From the NCBI GenBank assembly GCA_027310825.1, contig DAIDAC010000001.1, positions 108,695 to 132,694 on the forward strand: a DNA stretch of 24,000 nt, written 5' to 3'. Position 1 is the stretch's first letter, and each line of letters begins with the position of its first letter. This DNA comes from Candidatus Micrarchaeaceae archaeon (GTDB lineage Archaea; Micrarchaeota; Micrarchaeia; Micrarchaeales; Micrarchaeaceae). The notes beneath the pieces were generated by a model. That model saw only the letters and a list, made by a program, of their open reading frames with translations, did not search any database and had not been told where the DNA came from. This document shows, one piece after another, positions 5,697 to 13,171 of the stretch. The translations under genes were made by a program, and so were the position numbers.

Positions 5697-6806
5697 TCAT
5701 TTTGTGTCTTTTCCTTTCTGGTTTGTCGAGATGATTTTGCGTATTTGTTCCATGCTCGCGTTTGTTTTCAGAGAGCTGTCGCCGAACTGCGTTCTTGTTG
5801 CTTCGAATCCCTTTTTCTTCAGCGCATTCATGACGTCGATAGGCGATATCGCTGTCACACCCATCTGCTTGGTCGTCTTAGGAATAGAGTAGTGGAGAGG
5901 CACATCGTACTCGCCGATTATTGTGTCGAGCAGCCGCATGCCCTGCTTGTCTGCGTCGGCTTTCTCGATCGCAGAGCGGACCTTTGCCACAGTGTCTTTG
6001 TCGTATAGCCTGCCGAGCCACATTTTCCCTGACACGAGTGTGCTCGACGAGCTCTTTTCGCAACAGGCTATCGGCGGCTTTGCGATAGCCCCGGTGTTAG
6101 TGTAGCGTGTGCCGCAATGTCCGCAGTAATAAGCATATCCCAATTTCGAGACAGAATCGCTCGCTGCGTCTGCACCGCTCTTGAGTTTCAGGAACACTCT
6201 CATGTAGTGAGCCTGCGAGAGCGCCATAATTACATCTATTCCGTAGTCGAACTGAGCCGCGACTCTTGCAACGTAGCCTATCATTATCCTTATTCCTGTC
6301 TCTTGGCACAGCTCGTTGTGCATCGGCTGTGCATCGTAGAGCTTCAGGCAAGCCTTGGTGTGTGCGCCACATAGAACTGCTCCGTCTGTGGCCGTTAGCA
6401 TGAAGTAGGTTCCGTCTCTGCAAAGTTTCATCAGATCATATACGTATGGAGAAATTCCTCCGAATGGATCCAGGTCGATCATTTCGAAGCCAGTGTTGGT
6501 CGTGTTGGCGAATTCCTGTATGCTTTTGTTGAGCACCTTTGCCTTTACTTTGTTGAAACTTGCGTTCTTCTTGGCCTGCTCGTATGCTTTTTCGTTTATG
6601 TCGAGAAGGGTTATATCCTTCGACTCTGTTTCAAGATAGTACCTTATGCCCCTGATCCCGGTGGCTGTTGTGGCGTCGAGTATCTTTGTGCTCTTTCCTG
6701 CCACGCCTGCAACAAACGCTATGCTCACGTCTCTCATGAACTTAGCTATAGGGTTTAGAAACGCCTTGTCGCTGTGCTTTATCCTCGCCTTTCCCTCATT
6801 GTACAA
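5697..6806 (-). CDS. trm1: tRNA (guanine26-N2)-dimethyltransferase Trm1
   Basis: 369 aa. It has the Trm1 hallmarks FLNPIAKFMRDVSI, ILDATTATGIRGIRYYLE (SAM site), IDLDPFGGISPYVYD and LTATDGAVLCG. It also has a C-terminal Cys cluster (YYCGHCG...CC). The length fits archaeal Trm1. Confidence 0.92.
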   Translation of the reverse strand: MYNEGKARIKHSDKAFLNPIAKFMRDVSIAFVAGVAGKSTKILDATTATGIRGIRYYLETESKDITLLDINEKAYEQAKKNASFNKVKAKVLNKSIQEFANTTNTGFEMIDLDPFGGISPYVYDLMKLCRDGTYFMLTATDGAVLCGAHTKACLKLYDAQPMHNELCQETGIRIMIGYVARVAAQFDYGIDVIMALSQAHYMRVFLKLKSGADAASDSVSKLGYAYYCGHCGTRYTNTGAIAKPPIACCEKSSSSTLVSGKMWLGRLYDKDTVAKVRSAIEKADADKQGMRLLDTIIGEYDVPLHYSIPKTTKQMGVTAISPIDVMNALKKKGFEATRTQFGDSSLKTNASMEQIRKIISTNQKGKDTK

Positions 6807-6810
6807 GCAA

Positions 6811-7062
6811 TCACAGGTTTCCGTTTAGGTCTCTTATTGCGTCGAGAAGGCCATGCGCATACGATATGCACGAGAATGAGGTGTAAAGATCGCCCTTGTC
6901 AAGGTAGCTTTTCGAGTCGCTGGCGTACATCTTTGCAAGCTCGACAACCTTTTTGCTCTTTGCGTCGAGGCTTTTGAGGCGTTCTTCCTTTACGTTGTCG
7001 TTGAACATGACTATGTCCTTCTCTATCCTTTCCTTCACAGTCGGCTCTTTCTTTTCTGCCAT
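6811..7062 (-). CDS. DUF357-family small protein
   Basis: 83 aa. AKMYASDSKSYLDKGDLYTSFSCISYAHGLLDAI matches my memory of the archaeal DUF357 signature (...A.YFLEKGDYVTA...SYAHGWLDAG). It lies 4 nt upstream of trm1, so it is probably co-transcribed. Confidence 0.65.
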   Translation of the reverse strand: MAEKKEPTVKERIEKDIVMFNDNVKEERLKSLDAKSKKVVELAKMYASDSKSYLDKGDLYTSFSCISYAHGLLDAIRDLNGNL

Positions 7063-7118
7063 GTCAGCACCAATAACATTTATAACTTACCTTCTCATTT
7101 AAATAAAGAGGGGGTAAT

Positions 7119-7712
7119 ATGGCAAATCCGTGGAGCGACTATACTGATGAGATCATAAGCGAGGTTGACGATGAGCTTGGCACAAAGTACAAGATGAGCG
7201 TACGCAGGCTGCTTGCTGAACCTACAAAGTTCATGAAAATCGACGGAATAGGAGTAACCGTCAGGAACATGCACGAAGACGTTACCAATTACGTTGACGA
7301 TATGCTCGAAGATATGGCCGACGAACAGAAAAAGTTCGAGAACGATGTTGCGAAGGCCGTCGGAATCACGCAACAGCTGTCCCAGAACATAATGATGCAG
7401 GCAAAGCAGAACAAGATACCATTCATAACACCGGCAGCGATGGAGAGGAATGAGGCCGCAGAGGAGATAATTTACATCGACAACGTAGACAGCAATGTGC
7501 TCGCGCTTGCCGAAAGCTTCGTAAAGAACGCAAACCTGATTGCTGATTTCAGCTACAACTACAAGGACGACAAGATAGGAAGCTGGCTGTTCGATGGAGA
7601 GAAGAACTACATGCTCAGAGTGTACCTGCCGCCGAGCCAGATACTGTATCTCGAGACAAGCAAAGAGGAGCTTGAGAACCTTTTCAAGAACATAGAAGAA
7701 ACGATAAGATGA
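7119..7712 (+). CDS. Acidic hypothetical protein, no family recognised
   Basis: 197-aa ORF with a strong SD (GAGGGGG at 7108-7114) 4-5 nt upstream of the ATG. Its composition is protein-like. Its stop overlaps the start of the next gene (ATGA at 7709-7712). Confidence 0.6.
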   Translation: MANPWSDYTDEIISEVDDELGTKYKMSVRRLLAEPTKFMKIDGIGVTVRNMHEDVTNYVDDMLEDMADEQKKFENDVAKAVGITQQLSQNIMMQAKQNKIPFITPAAMERNEAAEEIIYIDNVDSNVLALAESFVKNANLIADFSYNYKDDKIGSWLFDGEKNYMLRVYLPPSQILYLETSKEELENLFKNIEETIR

Positions 7713-8284
7713 AGAGGCTCATTATCGCAGTGACAGGAGCATCTGGCAGCGGAAAGAGCACGTTTGCAAAGGCGTTGGAGAAAAAAGCGGATGTTGATGT
7801 GCTGGAGATAAACGACGTGGTGACCAAGTATCACGCTTTTTCTGGAAAAGACAAATTCGGCACAAGAATAGTAAAGCTGAATCAGCTCAGCAGTCTAACA
7901 AAGAAGGAACTTGCCAAAAGGAAGAGCAAGAACGTAGTGCTTGTCGGGCATCTTGCTCCAGAGTTGTCGATAAAATATGACATCGCTGTTGTAACGAGGT
8001 GCAAACCGGCGCTGCTCGCCAAGAGGCTTGAGAAAAGGGCTTACCCTAAGGAAAAGCTGAGAGACAACATAGTTTCCGAAGCAGTGGATTACTGCGGAGT
8101 GGCGATAATAGCGAAATGTAATGAAGTTTATGAAATCGAGAGCGAGAGCGACAAATCTGCTGTGATGAAGTACATAGCCGCATTGAGCAAAGGGAAGAAA
8201 GTGAAAAAGCCGAAACAGAAACAGATAAACAATCTGAATGGGCTTCTCGAACTGATAAAGGACGGAAACAAATACGGATTATAG
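7709..8284 (+). CDS. Fap7/AK6-type adenylate kinase-like NTPase (small-subunit rRNA maturation factor homologue) with a Lys-rich C-terminal extension
   Basis: The P-loop is IIAVTGASGSGKST. VVLVGHLAPEL, VVTRCKPALLAKRLEKRAYPKEKLRDNIVSEAVDYCG parallels archaeal Fap7 as I recall it (IIAVTGTPGVGKTT ... VVDGHLSH ... VVLRAHP..L..RL..RGY..EKV.ENVEAE.VDV). Confidence 0.8.
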   Translation: MKRLIIAVTGASGSGKSTFAKALEKKADVDVLEINDVVTKYHAFSGKDKFGTRIVKLNQLSSLTKKELAKRKSKNVVLVGHLAPELSIKYDIAVVTRCKPALLAKRLEKRAYPKEKLRDNIVSEAVDYCGVAIIAKCNEVYEIESESDKSAVMKYIAALSKGKKVKKPKQKQINNLNGLLELIKDGNKYGL

Positions 8285-9700
8285 AACAGTCTTTCTTATG
8301 AATGCAGCATAAAGGAGCTTTGCAAGCGGCTCTGGAATCTTGTTGACGTGCAGCTTCGCCTTCTTTTTTCCGAGATACGAAGGTATGTTGCCGGTGTCGT
8401 CGAGAACTGCCATAATTAGATCAGAAGGCTTTTCGTACTTCGCCTTTTCTATCGACATTATCCTATCGTCTTTGAAAAGTATTCCAAGCGAATCCTTGTG
8501 AGCATCAAGAAACTTGTCTACTGATTTGCCCATGAATGCGCTCGGGCCTTCTGCCAGCGTGTGCTTGACAAAAGACTCGCTTATCAGGAACGCCATAATG
8601 GTATCGTTCTTCTCGATGTTCTCAAGCGCCATCACTACTCCGAAGCCGTATTTGTTCAGATCTCCTTCGAGCCTGTGCATCAGTCTTCTGAGTTGCTGCC
8701 AGAGAATGTCCTCTGCCACCTCAGGAACCTTGAAGTGTACAAGATATATGTCGAGACCGAGCGTCTTCCTTATGTTTGCAAGCTCTCTTTCAGAGTACGC
8801 ATCGGAGTACTTGGCTCCGAAAAAGAAATCTTTGCTCGGCCTTTCATAAAGCACTCTTGATACGAGTGCAAACCTAGCCAACGATTCCGCTGATACTGCT
8901 GCTGCCACATTCCTGTTCTCGTCGGTAGCGTCTATGACTACAAAGTTCTTGCTGAACTTTCTTGTCATGCTCAGAACTTTCGGAGTACCGCCGCTGTCTT
9001 CGCTCTTGTGCATCGGATCAATAACAATCGGAAGCTTCATCGAGAGCGCCTTCTTCAGAACATTGACGAATGAGCCATATTGATACACGAGCAGTTCACA
9101 CAGATAGCCTGAGAAGCCCTCGGTCTTCGCATCTGCCCCCTGTATCCCGTGGAACTTCAGGAACGCCTTTAGAAGGCGGACGTCGTCCTTTTGCCTTGAA
9201 GAAAGCTTTTCGTTCATGAATTTGTTGTGGAGCTGGCTTCTGTCTACTGCGGTGATGCGTTCCTCTGCCTTGTTTATCTTGAACGCGGGAACTATGTCTG
9301 CCTTTATTCCGACTTCATTAGAGATTATCTGCACATATGGGTGCTCTGCGTATTTTATCAAAAAGGATTCGTGCTTTTTCTTTGATACAACCTTCTTTGC
9401 AATCGCCATTCCCTTTTTCTCCATTACCGCTTCGCTCAGCTTCTTCGGGAAAAGAAGGAATATGTCGACGTCTGATGATCCTTTTATCTGGGTCCCTCTT
9501 GCTCCGGAGCCGACAGCAACAATCTCGACATCTTTCGGAGCTGCCTTCTTCAGCCTTGACATCAAATCGTTAGAATGAGCAGTCACGCGGGCGATCTCCT
9601 CTTTGCTCGGCCTTATGCTTTCAATCACTTCCTTGAGGACTGCATCGAGTTTTCTCTCATTCCCCGGAATCGGAGGCTTTGCTGGCTTTGCTCCCTTCAT
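8279..9700 (-). CDS. cca: Archaeal class I CCA-adding enzyme (tRNA nucleotidyltransferase)
   Basis: 473 aa. The polymerase-beta nucleotidyltransferase motif is VAVGSGARGTQIKGSSDVDIFLLFP (archaeal CCA enzymes: GS.ARGT.L.G..DIDIF). It continues with YAEHPYV...DIVP and EGFSGYLCELL, as in archaeal CCA enzymes. A TATA-like TTTAATGTTTATT lies ~28 nt upstream of the ATG. The gene converges on and overlaps the Fap7-like gene by 6 nt. Confidence 0.92.
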   Translation of the reverse strand: MKGAKPAKPPIPGNERKLDAVLKEVIESIRPSKEEIARVTAHSNDLMSRLKKAAPKDVEIVAVGSGARGTQIKGSSDVDIFLLFPKKLSEAVMEKKGMAIAKKVVSKKKHESFLIKYAEHPYVQIISNEVGIKADIVPAFKINKAEERITAVDRSQLHNKFMNEKLSSRQKDDVRLLKAFLKFHGIQGADAKTEGFSGYLCELLVYQYGSFVNVLKKALSMKLPIVIDPMHKSEDSGGTPKVLSMTRKFSKNFVVIDATDENRNVAAAVSAESLARFALVSRVLYERPSKDFFFGAKYSDAYSERELANIRKTLGLDIYLVHFKVPEVAEDILWQQLRRLMHRLEGDLNKYGFGVVMALENIEKNDTIMAFLISESFVKHTLAEGPSAFMGKSVDKFLDAHKDSLGILFKDDRIMSIEKAKYEKPSDLIMAVLDDTGNIPSYLGKKKAKLHVNKIPEPLAKLLYAAFIRKTVL

Positions 9701-9761
9701 GCAATCGATAAAGATACAATAATAAACATTAAATAGCGTGGTTAGGCTAGTAGCATAGTAG

Positions 9762-9770
9762 TATATATAA
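9762..9770 (+). promoter_or_regulatory. TATA box for the LAGLIDADG gene (leaderless configuration)
   Basis: TATATATAA is centred ~26 nt upstream of ATG 9792. Confidence 0.5.
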
Positions 9771-9791
9771 CAATATTTTCATAAATTCCAC

Positions 9792-10793
9792 ATGGATGAA
9801 AGAATAAAACTCAATAACGATTTTCGCATCGAGCTATTCGATAGTATATTGTCAAGTAACAACATCTCATTGAGACAACTAAGCAGAGAACTAGGCTGTG
9901 GTTATTCCGGATTAAAGACTTGGAGACGCGGAGAGTGTTTAATACCCAGTGATAAGTTTGACGCCATATTAAAGTTGGCAGGAATCGAGAAGACGCAAAT
10001 AGAAGACAAATTTACGAAACTGAGTTCGAATTGGGGTGCAGTTTTAGGTGGCACAGTTGCAAATAACAAACCTAAAAGACTCATAAAACAAAAAATGATA
10101 CATGCCAGAACTTTTAGAAAGAGCAAAATAAGCTTACCGAAAATAAACGTAGACGTGTGGGAATTGCTTGGTGCCTTTTTGGGAGATGGTTGCCTATCAA
10201 AAACATTCTCAAATTATGAAGGACGTTGGCTGTACCTAGCCGTTTTAACAGGGCACATGTATGATGATCTAGAATACTACAAGAACAAAATAATACCAAT
10301 AATTAGATCATTCAACAGCTATGTAAATTATCGTTTGATTCCAGAACAGACTACAATACGTATCACAATAAGGAGCAGATTGATATTTGATTTCTTGAAA
10401 GAATTAGGCATGCCAGTAGGCGAGAAAAAGGGGCAATTAAGAATTACAAAAGAGATGTTTGGTTCGCCAAATGTTGTGAAGGCGGCGATCCTGAGAGGTC
10501 TCCTTGACACTGACGGCCACATTTTCGCAAGAAAAGATGAAGATTATAAATACTTACATCTTGAAATAACAAGCGCAGATGATAGATTCCGCAAGGACAT
10601 AATAAAGTTGATCGGGGAATTTGGATTACGCGCCTATGAGCACGATACAAACGTTTTAATACGAGGAAATGCAAACGTTAGACACTGGATGAAAGCTATT
10701 GGTTCTTCGCATCCCGTACACATTAAACGTTATAATAGGTGGTTGAACACAGGAAAGCTATTACCTAAAAGGGCTCTTAGTCAAATGGTATGA
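9792..10793 (+). CDS. Double-motif LAGLIDADG homing endonuclease-like protein with an N-terminal HTH-like region
   Basis: 333 aa. LAGLIDADG motif 1 is WELLGAFLGDGCLSK and motif 2 is AAILRGLLDTDGHIFAR, about 100 aa apart as in monomeric enzymes. The N-terminus (ISLRQLSRELGCGYSGLKTWRRGE) looks like a helix-turn-helix. The gene is clearly more AT-rich than its neighbours. The last 23 nt overlap tRNA-Ala. Confidence 0.88.
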   Translation: MDERIKLNNDFRIELFDSILSSNNISLRQLSRELGCGYSGLKTWRRGECLIPSDKFDAILKLAGIEKTQIEDKFTKLSSNWGAVLGGTVANNKPKRLIKQKMIHARTFRKSKISLPKINVDVWELLGAFLGDGCLSKTFSNYEGRWLYLAVLTGHMYDDLEYYKNKIIPIIRSFNSYVNYRLIPEQTTIRITIRSRLIFDFLKELGMPVGEKKGQLRITKEMFGSPNVVKAAILRGLLDTDGHIFARKDEDYKYLHLEITSADDRFRKDIIKLIGEFGLRAYEHDTNVLIRGNANVRHWMKAIGSSHPVHIKRYNRWLNTGKLLPKRALSQMV

Positions 10794-10841
10794 CGCGACG
10801 TTCGCAACGTCGAAGTGCGGGTTCGATTCCCGCAGAGTCCA
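10771..10841 (+). tRNA. tRNA-Ala (anticodon CGC)
   Basis: Acceptor GGGCTCT (10771-10777) pairs with AGAGTCC (10834-10840), including the G3:U70 wobble (G10773:T10838) that is the universal alanine identity element. The D arm is GTCA-AATGGTA-TGAC. The anticodon arm is CGACG-TTCGCAA-CGTCG (CGC at 10803-10805). The T arm is GCGGG-TTCGATT-CCCGC. The discriminator is A10841 and no CCA is encoded. Confidence 0.92.
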
Positions 10842-10843
10842 AA

Positions 10844-10848
10844 TTTTT
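10844..10848 (+). terminator. Oligo-T tract following tRNA-Ala
   Basis: TTTTT begins 3 nt after the discriminator base. Archaeal RNA polymerase terminates at oligo-T tracts. Confidence 0.4.
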
Positions 10849-11059
10849 CTCCGAGCAGAACTTCGGTGACAAACACGTGAGTTGGTATGGTGCGAGTACT
10901 GATTGAAAGATGGAGGTCCAGAGGCTTTCCAGTGCGGCTATCAAGCCAGATTACAGCAGCGAACTAAAAGATGTCTATAGGTGTGACCACAAACATGGTG
11001 CACTCTTGTAAAGAGCACATTAATCTAAACTTTTAATACTGTAAATCCATGGTTGTATC

Positions 11060-12232
11060 ATGTTTAAAGAGATAGGCGACCTGAGGCATTTCAATAACTT
11101 TTCAAAGGTGATACTGCCGGTTTCGATAGCCTTCTTCATCTATACTTTTGGATGGGGGGTAGTCTCTCCGATGTTCTCCATATTTGTCAATGACATAACA
11201 AAAAGCACCTTCCTCACTGGGGTGATCCTGTCTGCAACTACATTTTTCGGCGTGTTCCTAAACATTCCATTTATGGTAATAGAATCGCGGATTAACATGA
11301 AACGCGTTCTTCAGGCGGTGCTTTTGGCATATGTCGTATTTGCCTTCTTATATCCAATGGCAAATAGCGTGGCCTTGTTGGTGCTAGTAAGCATAGGCAG
11401 AGGCATCGCGTCCTCTTTTCTTTGGCTCACTTCGTGGTCGTACGTATTTGATTTCGCGGATAAGAAAGTGCGCGGTAAAGAGAGCGGATTTTTCTCTAGC
11501 ATGAACGACCTCGCTTCCGGAGTTGCACCGCTTGTGGGAGGCTTTGCGACATTGGTAGCCTTTTTCTTTCCCTTCTACATCTTGGCGGCGACCAGTTTCA
11601 CGGCGTTTATCATCGTATCATTGTTTGTGCATCATTCTCCAAAGACCAGGAATGTTCCTGCCCGCAGCCAGTTTGCGGCCCTGTTTAGTAACATGAAAAA
11701 GCCGAACTTCCTTAAGACGATGTTCCTTGTGGTCCTATTTTACGCCCTGATAAATATTTTTTACTCGTTTATTGCAATATTCTTGAATTCAGAGGGGCTG
11801 TCTGTTTTTTACATAGGTGCGATACTAACGGCAACCCTCCTGCCAGCGGTAGCGTTGGAGGTGCCCATAGGAAACATTATAGACAAGCACGGAGTCAAGA
11901 AGATACTATCTTTGGCCGCAGTTCTTGCAGCGGCCACTGGAGTTCTGTTTACGCTATCCAATAACATATTTTATGTTGCTACCTTCATACTTGCATTTAC
12001 AATCAGTTATACAATGATATTCATAGCGCTCTATTCGCGCATGTCAGACCTCATCAAAAAAGAGGGCATAACGCTGATGGGCCCAATAGCTACAATAAAG
12101 GACCTCGGATACACCATAGGGCCTTTGGCTGGCGGCTGGATGATAGGAGCCATAAGCATAGGACCTGCGTTCGTGGTTGCCGGTGCCGCATTCATCGTCC
12201 TCCTGCCTGTGGCCCTTACGCTGCACGACTGA
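11060..12232 (+). CDS. Major facilitator superfamily (MFS) transporter
   Basis: 390 aa with about 12 hydrophobic helices in two 6-TM halves, separated by a basic loop (HHSPKTRNVPARSQFAALFSNMKKPNF). It has MFS-like loop motifs (ESRINMKRVL after TM2; SIGRGIASSF). Confidence 0.8.
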   Translation: MFKEIGDLRHFNNFSKVILPVSIAFFIYTFGWGVVSPMFSIFVNDITKSTFLTGVILSATTFFGVFLNIPFMVIESRINMKRVLQAVLLAYVVFAFLYPMANSVALLVLVSIGRGIASSFLWLTSWSYVFDFADKKVRGKESGFFSSMNDLASGVAPLVGGFATLVAFFFPFYILAATSFTAFIIVSLFVHHSPKTRNVPARSQFAALFSNMKKPNFLKTMFLVVLFYALINIFYSFIAIFLNSEGLSVFYIGAILTATLLPAVALEVPIGNIIDKHGVKKILSLAAVLAAATGVLFTLSNNIFYVATFILAFTISYTMIFIALYSRMSDLIKKEGITLMGPIATIKDLGYTIGPLAGGWMIGAISIGPAFVVAGAAFIVLLPVALTLHD

Positions 12233-12313
12233 TCCAGATTTAGATTGAACGGATATCAAAATATGCGTACTTATTTTTGGCTACGCCGCGCCATGGACAT
12301 ACCGACAAGTAGT

Positions 12314-12339
12314 ATGATTTTGAAAAATGATTTTGAAAA
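12314..12339. repeat. Perfect tandem duplication of a 13-bp unit (ATGATTTTGAAAA x2)
   Basis: Read directly: 12314-12326 and 12327-12339 are identical and adjacent. They lie ~70 nt upstream of the ATG at 12409 and ~35 nt upstream of a TATA-like CTTAAATAAT (12373-12382). Confidence 0.9.
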
Positions 12340-12408
12340 GAGTTATTACAAGGTTATCGGCGCTTGGCAATGCTTAAATAATCGCACAGAGATCGGTAAA
12401 GCGGTTGT

Positions 12409-12936
12409 ATGGCAAAAGGCGACAGTCACTGGATCCATGACCACAGGGTTGGGCTAAAGGCTTTCATGAGGATCACGTTCGGCCTGGTCTGGCTAATCGA
12501 TGGATTTCTAAAGTTCCAGCCCGGCATGCCTGACGTCATCACACAGATGATAATACAGGCGGGCCAAGGCCAGCCAACATGGATAATGCCATGGTTCACT
12601 TTCTGGGCAGGTGTTGTAGGCACCAACCCGGCTTTCTGGGTTTACCTGATAGGCGTAGGCGAGACTCTTATCGGCATAGCGCTGATCCTCGGAGGAATGA
12701 GAAAGGTTACATACCTGGTCGGCGTAGTGCTCAGCTTTTTCATATGGGGGGTCCCGGAAGGATTCGGCGGACCTTATGGCCCGAGCTCCACCGACATAGG
12801 GACGGGGATAATATATGCGCTCGTCTTCCTTGCGCTCATCATGATAAACACAGGCTATGGAACGAGCAAATACTCTATTGATTCCTGGATTGAGAAGCAC
12901 ATCAAGTGGTGGCACAAGTTAGCAGAATTCGACTGA
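12409..12936 (+). CDS. DoxX-like small integral membrane protein (4 TM)
   Basis: 175 aa. The N-terminal helix is FMRITFGLVWLIDGFLKFQPG and a later one is GVGETLIGIALILGGMRK. This resembles the DoxX/DoxD-type pattern (E..iG..LilG). The family assignment is from memory only. Confidence 0.5.
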   Translation: MAKGDSHWIHDHRVGLKAFMRITFGLVWLIDGFLKFQPGMPDVITQMIIQAGQGQPTWIMPWFTFWAGVVGTNPAFWVYLIGVGETLIGIALILGGMRKVTYLVGVVLSFFIWGVPEGFGGPYGPSSTDIGTGIIYALVFLALIMINTGYGTSKYSIDSWIEKHIKWWHKLAEFD

Positions 12937-12955
12937 AGTGGGAGGTATTTACAGT

Positions 12956-13171
12956 CTATGGCGGAGAGAACACCGTTGAGTTGGAGAGCAGCGCATAGTC
13001 CGGAGCATGGTTTACATTGAGTGTGCTTGAAGGTACGCCAGCAACTTGCGTTGCGTTCACCGCTACCGTAATCCCGGTGTTGAGAAGATTCTGCACCTCA
13101 AAATAGCCGACTATCGCTATGACCACAAGAAGGATGACAGCGATTATGACTATTTTTCCAAGCACTCCCAT
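12956..13171 (-). CDS. Small N-terminally membrane-anchored protein, coupled to the upstream glycoprotein gene
   Basis: 71 aa with a single hydrophobic helix (LGKIVIIAVILLVVIAIVGYF) followed by a short extracytoplasmic tail with an NAT and an NST sequon. The start codon overlaps the upstream stop (TAATG, sharing nt 13171). Confidence 0.5.
   Translation of the reverse strand: MGVLGKIVIIAVILLVVIAIVGYFEVQNLLNTGITVAVNATQVAGVPSSTLNVNHAPDYALLSNSTVFSPP

Noticed and set aside
9701-10850. tRNA-Ala as the attachment site of an integrated element (expecting a direct repeat of the tRNA 3' end at the other border)
   Set aside because: By eye I found no second copy of the tRNA-Ala 3' half in 9701-9791 or elsewhere nearby. 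No integrase gene is present, and the insert carries only the endonuclease gene. This was checked by eye only, not by exhaustive search.
12245-12457. 70-aa plus-strand ORF in the MFS/DoxX spacer
   Set aside because: It runs through the tandem 13-bp repeat and the TATA-like element and then overlaps the start of the DoxX-like gene in another frame. The region is more plausibly regulatory.
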